Part shown: positions 21,467-28,988 of the stretch, one piece after another
Layout of the letters: the number at the start of each line of letters is the position of its first letter
Position numbering within the stretch: the stretch's first letter is position 1
IMG/VR virus record: IMGVR_UViG_3300035128_000044
Coordinates: 1 to 51,215 of that record
Length of the DNA stretch: 51,215 nt
Reading direction: 5' to 3' (one strand)
Source of the DNA: a virus
Taxonomy: Duplodnaviria > Caudoviricetes
Notes under the pieces: generated by a model
Databases searched by the model: none
Told to the model about the DNA's origin: nothing
What the model saw: the letters and a program-made list of their open reading frames with translations, nothing else
Translations under genes and position numbers: made by a program

Positions 21467-22708
21467 ATGGCAAGAGGACAAGATAAACCTACAGTGACCG
21501 GTGGTGGTGTTGATCCTTATGTTCAACAGTCTATGGCTCAAAATAAGCAGACAGCCAATAATAGATTACTGTCAGCTATGCAGGAAGCCTCCGCAAATAA
21601 AAGGGCGGCTACTGCCGAACAGGGTGCTAATCAACGCAATACTCAACAGGTACAAGCTGAGCAGGAGATGAACGCGGCTAATATGGCTATGCAAGATAGA
21701 AGAGCGGCAGAAGTCGAAAAGGGTCGAAGGGAAGATATGGAGTATAAGAGAACAATCGACCAGGCTCAAATGGCTCTTACAAAGGAATTGGAAGGCAATA
21801 GACTGGATTGGGAAAAGGCTAAAAATAGTCAGGATTTAGAAAGGGCCAAGGAGGCTGAGGATATTGAATTTGATTTAAGAAAATTAGATACCCTCTTTCA
21901 GGCACGACAAACTGCGAATAATAATAATATAATGACAACATTATTAAAAACAGGTCTTAAACGGGAGGAAGCCAAAGAAAAATTTATTACGGCACAACAG
22001 CAACAATCTATAGACGCGGAGCAAGCTACTGTTATCTACTCAAAAGTAAAAGAGGCTGCCTATAATGGAACTAAGGATATTTTAATCACTACGAAAAGGC
22101 CAGATGGAGTAATAGATAAATCCAAGGAAGGGGCAGAAAAATCTGTCATGGGAGCTTTGCAAAATCAAATATCACTTAACCGTTCAAAAGTAAATATTGA
22201 AGACTTACGTTCATCCCGTATTGGGGAATTGGAAACTAAAATAGTGAGTGGCCAGATAAATTTTACGGACCTGAGAAATGCAAGAGCTTCTATCGAAGGT
22301 GTCCAGCAGAACTTAGACGAAAAGATTGAGGAAGCATCGGGTATAAAGAAAGATTATCTCACTTGGCAACGTAATGAACTGTCAGAATTATTGGGCAACT
22401 TAAATGGTCTTGTTCATAGCAAAAGGAAGTTATTGACGGATGAGAATTTAACCATAGGTAGTCTGGCTTCGAGAGCCTTTGGCCCTATTGACGGTTTTAG
22501 TAGTAGTAGTCTCGCTAAAGGTATGAAAGATACCGGTATGGACTTCGAAGCGATGTGGGAAGAAATGTCTAAAAGTATTAATCCTCTTGCTCCTTTAGAA
22601 ATACCGGAAGGGGCATTCAAATCGAAAAGAGTGTTAGATTTTGCAAACTCTTTGAATAATATAATTAGTGGCACGCAAGCTGCAAACCTTGAGGAAGGAG
22701 TTCAGTAA
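21467..22708 (+). CDS. Putative internal virion/ejection protein
   Basis: Coiled-coil, Q/E/A-rich. Confidence 0.55.
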   Translation: MARGQDKPTVTGGGVDPYVQQSMAQNKQTANNRLLSAMQEASANKRAATAEQGANQRNTQQVQAEQEMNAANMAMQDRRAAEVEKGRREDMEYKRTIDQAQMALTKELEGNRLDWEKAKNSQDLERAKEAEDIEFDLRKLDTLFQARQTANNNNIMTTLLKTGLKREEAKEKFITAQQQQSIDAEQATVIYSKVKEAAYNGTKDILITTKRPDGVIDKSKEGAEKSVMGALQNQISLNRSKVNIEDLRSSRIGELETKIVSGQINFTDLRNARASIEGVQQNLDEKIEEASGIKKDYLTWQRNELSELLGNLNGLVHSKRKLLTDENLTIGSLASRAFGPIDGFSSSSLAKGMKDTGMDFEAMWEEMSKSINPLAPLEIPEGAFKSKRVLDFANSLNNIISGTQAANLEEGVQ

Positions 22709-23104
22709 ATGGACCCAGTAACCATTGCAACTATTTTAGGACTGTTATATGGTGGAGCCAGCCTCGGTTCCAATATTATTGCCAAGAGGGGGGAACAAAA
22801 ACTTGGCATGGAACAAATCAGGTCCCAAGAACGTATGGCTTCTAATGAAAGGAAAGCCACTGAGGAGGCCACCAAAAAATCTCGAACCTCCGCAGAGAAA
22901 TATCTAAAGACTTTAATGGAAGAGAAAACAAAAGAACGTATTTCAGACAAAGAATCTTTAATGCTAAATTCTTTTCTTCAAAGTCAAGACCGTCAAATGG
23001 CTTTAATAATGCAAGCTATCCAAGGGGCTTCTCAAAGTCCATATACTTCTGTTAGTCCCGGTTCTTCTGCTGGTATGACAGGATTAATGAGAACAGGAGC
23101 ATAA
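22709..23104 (+). CDS. Putative ejection/pilot protein
   Basis: MDPVTIATILGLLYGGASLG N-terminus typical of podoviral pilot proteins. Confidence 0.55.
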   Translation: MDPVTIATILGLLYGGASLGSNIIAKRGEQKLGMEQIRSQERMASNERKATEEATKKSRTSAEKYLKTLMEEKTKERISDKESLMLNSFLQSQDRQMALIMQAIQGASQSPYTSVSPGSSAGMTGLMRTGA

Positions 23105-23107
23105 TCT

Positions 23108-23503
23108 ATGGCAACAGAATATAATCCAATGTTAGATGCTTTATACGGTCAGGGGGCAGAAACAGCCGCAGTAACGACTCCTGTAGCTGGAAAAGCTGCA
23201 ACAGGCATTGCTTCCAAATTAAAAGGTTTGTCTGGGCTAAAGACCGCTAAATTTGGTGGGACACTTCTTGCTTGGTTGCTTGCACAGAATTTAGCAGAAG
23301 GGATAGGAGCAGCCGGGGATAGAAAAGTTCAGAGTGCGGCCATTAAATCGCAAGAATTAATTAATTCCCCAGAAAATATGCTTGCAAGAATGGCTTTACC
23401 ACAAGCTCAAGAAGAGGAAAATTTTGCTCGTCAAGCTCTTTACCAGCACATAGCTGGGGGGGTTCTTGGACCATCCTTAGCCAAAGGAGAACAGGCTATA
23501 TAA
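23108..23503 (+). CDS. Putative ejection protein
   Basis: Gly/Ala-rich, within the ejection cluster. Confidence 0.5.
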   Translation: MATEYNPMLDALYGQGAETAAVTTPVAGKAATGIASKLKGLSGLKTAKFGGTLLAWLLAQNLAEGIGAAGDRKVQSAAIKSQELINSPENMLARMALPQAQEEENFARQALYQHIAGGVLGPSLAKGEQAI

Positions 23504-23512
23504 GGAAATTAA

Positions 23513-26500
23513 ATGGCAAAAGAGTATGACCTAAACCAAGACACGCCTTTTGGAATTGCATCCGCTGATTTTCCAGTGACATTTTATGACCGTCCCGGTT
23601 TAATGTTTAGTAATCTTCTCCGTGGCGATGTGGATGGCCTGACGAGAGCAATGTTATCTCCCGATACAATGTCCCCCAACCAGTTAAAAAGTATTCAAAA
23701 TGTTCTGCTTAAAGGGAAAAAACCTAATCCAATACTAAAAACAATTCTTGATGTAGCCACAAATCCATTAGTGATTGCTGGTCTTGCTGTTGGCTTGTGG
23801 AAGTTTCCGGTCGGTTCAACTTCTTCGCTTCTAAACCTGCGGAGGGGGCTACTACCCAAGGCTACTGCAATGGGGGCCAGAGCTTCATATCTCCATGATG
23901 CTATGCTTAATTTGAGGCATATTCCAGGCATGTTTGAAAATGTACTTGGAGTGACAAAGGAAACGACAGAGTTCGCTTCAAAACACTGGAGTAAGCTTGA
24001 TGATATTCTTACTAAAGCCGGACCTCTATCGAAAGCTGAAGGTTTTGCTGTATCGGCTCGTCTTGATGGTCTTCATAAAGCGGATCATTTTTTAGTTAAA
24101 TATTTACGCGATGAGCCGGAATGGAAGGCTTTTATGGGTGGCAAGGATGTTCCTATAGCTGTTGGTGTTCAGAACAACATGAGTCCAAAACTTATTAGTG
24201 TTTCGGATAAATTAAGAACTTGGTTTAACGGTATTCGGGGGGAATTAATGAAAAGTCCCGATGTTAAATCAAGAATAAAGAATGCTGTGGAAGCTAAAGG
24301 TCTTAAATTTGGTGAGGATGTTGTAGATTATTTTCCTCATCAAGGAGCTTACAATAAATACTATAAAGCTTCTCTTAGGGGAACAACAGGTGTTAATTAC
24401 AGAAAGTGGTTACATAAGGAAGTTGCAGAAAAAATAGGAAGAGAAGAAGTTCAAAGAATGGGGGGAATGATTCCTAACTTAGATGAGTTAGCTGAACTGG
24501 AAAATACTGGTGTTGTTAAACCTGGATTTACCAATATGGTGAGAACGGTTCTTGGTAGGAAAACAAATGAACTATCAGAGTTAGTTAAGAAAAATTGGTA
24601 TGATATAAAGTCACTTGGTTTGGACGAAGCTCACGAAAGAATAGAATTTATTAGGCGTATGGAAAAAACCCCTTATGCTAAGCATCTTGGTAGTCCTAAG
24701 AGAATGCGGGACACCTTGGATTCAATGGTGGGTGCTCTGCAAGAATCGGCATTCAAAGGACCTGATGCAGTTAAGACCGAATTATTAGAGATTGGAAAAA
24801 CCTTAGCTGAGCCAGCAAACTATTCTCTCAATCCTTGGGAAGCTACAGGTCGTTACATCAATTCAACTTCCTCCGCATATGCTTGGCATGGTACGGGTCT
24901 TGGTAAGAAAATAATGGACACAATCAATAAGCCCGGAGTATTTAGGGAAGCTCCTCATCTTGAATCTTACTTACTTGATGATATTCTTCCACATATCCAA
25001 GGACTTAAATCTTTTCCAGAGATGACTCGTTCACTTAATTATTCAGTTAGAAAAGAGAAGATTTTTAATTGGTTAAATAATCATCCTATGATAGATGGGA
25101 TAGTTGGGTCAGATAGAAAGAAATGGTTACTTGACTATTTTGGAAAATCAAAAGCACTTTCTTCCTCGGAAGCTTTGGGAGGCACTATAGCACATCATTT
25201 TTACCTAACCGCTTTGGGTGCTAACTTATCTTCTGCGTCAAAGAATTCACTACAGACATTTGTCACTACTATTAATTCTGTTGGTGCAAAAGGTATGTGG
25301 TATGGACTAAAAGGAGTAGCCGGACAGGAAGGTTTATTAAGTAAAATGCAGAAGTACCTTGGTTATATGGCGAAGGGTGTTAAGCATGAAGAGGCTTTTA
25401 ATACTGCATTTCCTGAATTCGTAAAGGATGCAGGTAACGCCTCCAAGATTGTCGATGCAATGTTAGCTGGTGATGTGGCAAGAGAAGGTTACGCTCGAAT
25501 AGTTCAAAAGACCGGGGTTGAAAAAATAAAGAAAGTCTTAATGGCTCCGTTTGCATCCTCGGAGGCTGGCAACAGATTACTTGCTTATTACGCCGGAAGA
25601 AATTCACATATAGCTCAAAACGCTTCAAAACTTGTAGAAGCAACAGAAGCGGCCAAGACCGCTTTATTTACAGAAGCCGGGGAAGTTGGTCAAACCCTTA
25701 ATATGTTTGCCAATTTTACTGGAGGTCCTTTAGGTTTACCAAGAGCTTTAATTAATATGGCTCCACAATATCGACAATTTATGCACTTTCCTCTTAGATT
25801 TATGGGTTACCTTCATGGGTCACTTCGCCTTGGGGCCGATCCAAATAAATTAGATTGGGGAACTATAGGTAGAGCTATGGCAGGTTCAACCACTGCTTAT
25901 TTTGCAGCAAGAAATTTATTAGGTGCAGATATATCTGGAGGTTTATTAACAGGTGCACTTCCATTACCCCAATACGAAAAATCTCCTTTTTATCCTTGGC
26001 CTCTTGTACCTCCAGTAGCTCAGATAGCCGGGGCCTCAGTCAAATCTCTTATGACAGGCGACATGTCGGGAATGGGTGACGTTGCAGGATTACTACTACC
26101 TGGTGGAATTGCAGCGAGAAGAGCCTATAAAAGTTTATCCCCAAAATTTGCAGACTATAAAAACCCCACTGCGGAGGGCCGAGTTCCCTTATATAATAAA
26201 GACGGTTCCTTAATAGGAGCAATGACTCCTATGGAATTAACTCTTAGAGCAGTGGGATTAAGACCAATGAGTGCCTCCGCAGAGTCGGGAGCGGCTAAAT
26301 GGTTGGTCTCCCAGAGAGATAGAATAAGAAGCTATAGGCGTGATTACACAATGGCTTTGTTCCAGAACGATACCACCAAGGCAGAAAAGATAAATAGGGA
26401 ATTCCAGAAAGTATATCCAGAGTTGGGAAAGATTCAAATTAAAAAGTCCGATATTACAGCCCTTGAGAATCGAAGACAAATATCAAGACTCCAGAGAATA

Positions 26501-26632
26501 AGCAAAGGTATTTCATCTTCCTATAGACCCCTGTTTGAACAGGTGATTGGTGAAGCATCCCTCGGCAAGATGACCGAAGACATCCAGATGAATGGTTTAG
26601 GAGCCTTAGAAAATTATCAAAATATTTTTTAA
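23513..26632 (+). CDS. Large internal virion/ejection protein
   Basis: 1039 aa helical protein, DYFPH motif, last gene of the structural module. Confidence 0.6.
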   Translation: MAKEYDLNQDTPFGIASADFPVTFYDRPGLMFSNLLRGDVDGLTRAMLSPDTMSPNQLKSIQNVLLKGKKPNPILKTILDVATNPLVIAGLAVGLWKFPVGSTSSLLNLRRGLLPKATAMGARASYLHDAMLNLRHIPGMFENVLGVTKETTEFASKHWSKLDDILTKAGPLSKAEGFAVSARLDGLHKADHFLVKYLRDEPEWKAFMGGKDVPIAVGVQNNMSPKLISVSDKLRTWFNGIRGELMKSPDVKSRIKNAVEAKGLKFGEDVVDYFPHQGAYNKYYKASLRGTTGVNYRKWLHKEVAEKIGREEVQRMGGMIPNLDELAELENTGVVKPGFTNMVRTVLGRKTNELSELVKKNWYDIKSLGLDEAHERIEFIRRMEKTPYAKHLGSPKRMRDTLDSMVGALQESAFKGPDAVKTELLEIGKTLAEPANYSLNPWEATGRYINSTSSAYAWHGTGLGKKIMDTINKPGVFREAPHLESYLLDDILPHIQGLKSFPEMTRSLNYSVRKEKIFNWLNNHPMIDGIVGSDRKKWLLDYFGKSKALSSSEALGGTIAHHFYLTALGANLSSASKNSLQTFVTTINSVGAKGMWYGLKGVAGQEGLLSKMQKYLGYMAKGVKHEEAFNTAFPEFVKDAGNASKIVDAMLAGDVAREGYARIVQKTGVEKIKKVLMAPFASSEAGNRLLAYYAGRNSHIAQNASKLVEATEAAKTALFTEAGEVGQTLNMFANFTGGPLGLPRALINMAPQYRQFMHFPLRFMGYLHGSLRLGADPNKLDWGTIGRAMAGSTTAYFAARNLLGADISGGLLTGALPLPQYEKSPFYPWPLVPPVAQIAGASVKSLMTGDMSGMGDVAGLLLPGGIAARRAYKSLSPKFADYKNPTAEGRVPLYNKDGSLIGAMTPMELTLRAVGLRPMSASAESGAAKWLVSQRDRIRSYRRDYTMALFQNDTTKAEKINREFQKVYPELGKIQIKKSDITALENRRQISRLQRISKGISSSYRPLFEQVIGEASLGKMTEDIQMNGLGALENYQNIF

Positions 26633-26669
26633 TTTTTCTCTTGACTTTCCTTTTTGATTTTGATATTAT
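26631..26669 (+). promoter_or_regulatory. Sigma70-type promoter, repeat copy 1
   Basis: TTGACT-N17-TATTAT; shares AATTTTTCTCTTGACTTTCC with the copy at 26890. Confidence 0.7.
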
Positions 26670-26703
26670 AAAATAAAAACTTAAAATTATACTGGAAAGA
26701 AAA

Positions 26704-26889
26704 ATGAAAATTGTATCCAAAACAGTTCATTTGGGCAAAGATGCTTATGTTCGTATAAATGCAGATGGTTCTTTTTCTGCATTAGCTTTTGGCTCTTTTA
26801 GTCCAAATCAAGTTGGTCTTAGATATGGATGGGTTTCAATTAAAAGAGAAGATTTACCCACTGATGTGATAAAATTATTAGAGAACTAA
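26704..26889 (+). CDS. Small hypothetical protein between duplicated promoters
   Basis: 61 aa ORF with RBS. Confidence 0.65.
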   Translation: MKIVSKTVHLGKDAYVRINADGSFSALAFGSFSPNQVGLRYGWVSIKREDLPTDVIKLLEN

Positions 26890-26928
26890 AATTTTTCTCT
26901 TGACTTTCCATTTCATACTTTATATAAT
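26890..26928 (+). promoter_or_regulatory. Sigma70-type promoter, repeat copy 2, driving the ncRNA cluster
   Basis: TTGACT-N17-TATAAT. Confidence 0.8.
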
Positions 26929-26954
26929 ACAATTGTAATTGAAAAGTTAATATT

Positions 26955-27081
26955 GGTCGAGCAGCGTGTGGGAAACGATTGAGGGTATAGTCAAACTGGA
27001 AGCTCTATATCGCAGCACATTAACTTTTATAAGTTATAACTCTAAGCTACCCAGCAGCAGGTTCAAATCCTGCCTCGACCA
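26955..27081 (+). ncRNA. tRNA-like RNA (acceptor stem plus T-arm, expanded middle)
   Basis: GGTCGAG/CTCGACC+A 7-bp acceptor stem; GCAGG-TTCAAAT-CCTGC T-arm; no canonical 7-nt anticodon loop. Confidence 0.7.
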
Positions 27082-27180
27082 TTTGGGACGCGACACACCA
27101 AGCCGAAGCCATTATATGAGAAATGAGGCAAAAAGGCGTGACTTAGCCTTTCAGGGTAAAGGCATTATTTTGAAAAGTTA

Positions 27181-27414
27181 ATAATAAAACTGGATTTTCC
27201 AGTAATACGAAATCCTGTGAGCTACATGGTGGCTACAACAAAGTAAGCTTTCCTTACTTGTGCCAAAGTAGGAAGGAAGAACGATTGTAGAGTCGGTATA
27301 AGGGTAAAAGGTGTATATGGCAATAAGACCTTTGAGAGATAGTACCTCCATTAAAATCAACTAAATCCTGTTGAGTTACTGAGATGTCATTGCATGTGGA
27401 TGGGTAGTTATTAT
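27181..27414 (+). ncRNA. Candidate structured ncRNA
   Basis: No credible ORF; several hairpins and complementary ends; preceded by a second TTGAAAAGTTAATA. Confidence 0.45.
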
Positions 27415-27442
27415 AAAAATAAAATCTGAAAGGAAAAGAAAA

Positions 27443-27709
27443 ATGAAACGAACCAAAAAAGCAAGTACTACTAAAACTAAAGTTGAAAAACCTTCGGAAC
27501 AAATTAAGATTATCGTTCCACGGGAGGAAAGACTAATTGCTATTACTAAGCTATGCTCTGCGATAGAACTTACAGCAAGAGCTTTAAGCCAAGTTCCACA
27601 AGTAACAATATCCAATTGTTGCGTAACAAGTACTGAGAAAACTCCGGGTATTGAAATTGCAACTATGGATGCAGTCGCAAGAACTCATTACGTAGGAGGG
27701 GACGAATAA
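27443..27709 (+). CDS. Hypothetical protein
   Basis: GAAAGG RBS, 88 aa. Confidence 0.65.
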   Translation: MKRTKKASTTKTKVEKPSEQIKIIVPREERLIAITKLCSAIELTARALSQVPQVTISNCCVTSTEKTPGIEIATMDAVARTHYVGGDE

Positions 27710-27713
27710 TAAA

Positions 27714-28589
27714 ATGCCAGTTATAAAATATCAACATCAGAGATTAAATAGAAGTAGTTTGGTTATTATAGATTCAGCCAATGAAATTATTGAAGAATAC
27801 GAAGATGCAGGCTATGATTTAACCTTGCGACAATTGTATTATCAATTTGTGGCAAGAGATATTATTCCCAACAATGATAGGGAGTATAAGAGACTTGGGG
27901 GCATCATCAGCAATGCAAGATTAAATGGATTGATAGATTGGGACGCCATAATAGATAGGACTCGTTATCTAAGGAAAAATTCGCATTGGGAGTCTCCTCG
28001 TGAAATTATTGAGTCCTGTGCTGAGCAGTTCAAAATCGATCTTAGAGAAACACAAAAGGACTATGTCGAAGTCTGGATAGAGAAAGATGCGTTAATAGGT
28101 ATAGTGGATAGTGTTTGTGGACCTCTTGATGTTCCATGCTTTTCCTGTAGAGGTTATGTAAGTCAAAGTGCTATGTGGAGAGCGGCCAAAAGGTTGCTGG
28201 ATAAAGAAGTTTTCCACGATACACATATTTTACACTTAGGGGACCATGACCCAAGCGGTATTGATATGTCGCGTGATATAAAAGAACGTTTACATATGTT
28301 TGGCTCTAAGGTTGAGGTTCATCGAATAGCCTTAAATATGGACCAAGTAAAGGCTCAGAGTCCTCCACCAAATCCAGCTAAAATTACCGATAGCAGATGT
28401 GATTCCTACATTAAACGCTTCGGAACAAAGTCTTGGGAGTTGGATGCCTTGGAACCTTCTTTTTTGGATAATTTAATTACTGGAAGGATTAATTCTTTTA
28501 CGGACCAAGAAGAATTTGAGAATCAACAATTTATTCAAGACGAACACAGACAAACAATTATGCGTATAGCTAATAATATGGAGGAGTAA
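27714..28589 (+). CDS. Topoisomerase VI-A/Spo11-like (DUF2399-type) TOPRIM protein
   Basis: LTLRQLYYQFV winged helix with Tyr; VEVWIEKDAL, HLGDHDPSGIDM, WELDAL. Confidence 0.8.
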   Translation: MPVIKYQHQRLNRSSLVIIDSANEIIEEYEDAGYDLTLRQLYYQFVARDIIPNNDREYKRLGGIISNARLNGLIDWDAIIDRTRYLRKNSHWESPREIIESCAEQFKIDLRETQKDYVEVWIEKDALIGIVDSVCGPLDVPCFSCRGYVSQSAMWRAAKRLLDKEVFHDTHILHLGDHDPSGIDMSRDIKERLHMFGSKVEVHRIALNMDQVKAQSPPPNPAKITDSRCDSYIKRFGTKSWELDALEPSFLDNLITGRINSFTDQEEFENQQFIQDEHRQTIMRIANNMEE

Positions 28590-28781
28590 ATGACACCAGA
28601 ACTATACAATTTAGTTCAGGAAACAATATCAGGAGGCTGTATTCTTGACATTAATATTATAAATGACTCCGACTTTATTGATTACATGAATGCTATAGAC
28701 TCTATTGAAAAGATTACTTCTAAACAATTAGTAGCAAAATGTATTATTGACTTTCAAAGATTTGAGGACTTGAGAAATTAA
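28590..28781 (+). CDS. Hypothetical protein
   Basis: GGAGGAG RBS. Confidence 0.6.
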   Translation: MTPELYNLVQETISGGCILDINIINDSDFIDYMNAIDSIEKITSKQLVAKCIIDFQRFEDLRN

Positions 28782-28799
28782 ATATAAAGGGAAAGAAAA

Positions 28800-28988
28800 A
28801 TGAGTTTTAGAAAAACAAAAGCAGGAGTTACAATATGTCCATTTTTCACTTGGACATCCGAGAATATAGGCGAAATGTGCAAAAGTGAAAGTCACGAAGA
28901 CGATGTGAACCTAACCCATTGTACACATAAGGATAATCCAGACCACCTTGAAGGAAATTGTACAATAAAGAATTGCCCCTTATTATGA
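28800..28988 (+). CDS. Small Cys/His-rich protein
   Basis: CPFF...HCTH...EGNC...CPL. Confidence 0.6.
   Translation: MSFRKTKAGVTICPFFTWTSENIGEMCKSESHEDDVNLTHCTHKDNPDHLEGNCTIKNCPLL

Noticed and set aside
26955-27420. Canonical tRNA or tmRNA; ORFs 26966-27181 and 27178-27615
   Set aside because: No 7-nt anticodon loop, no G3:U70 and too short for tmRNA; the overlapping ORFs lack RBS and protein-like composition
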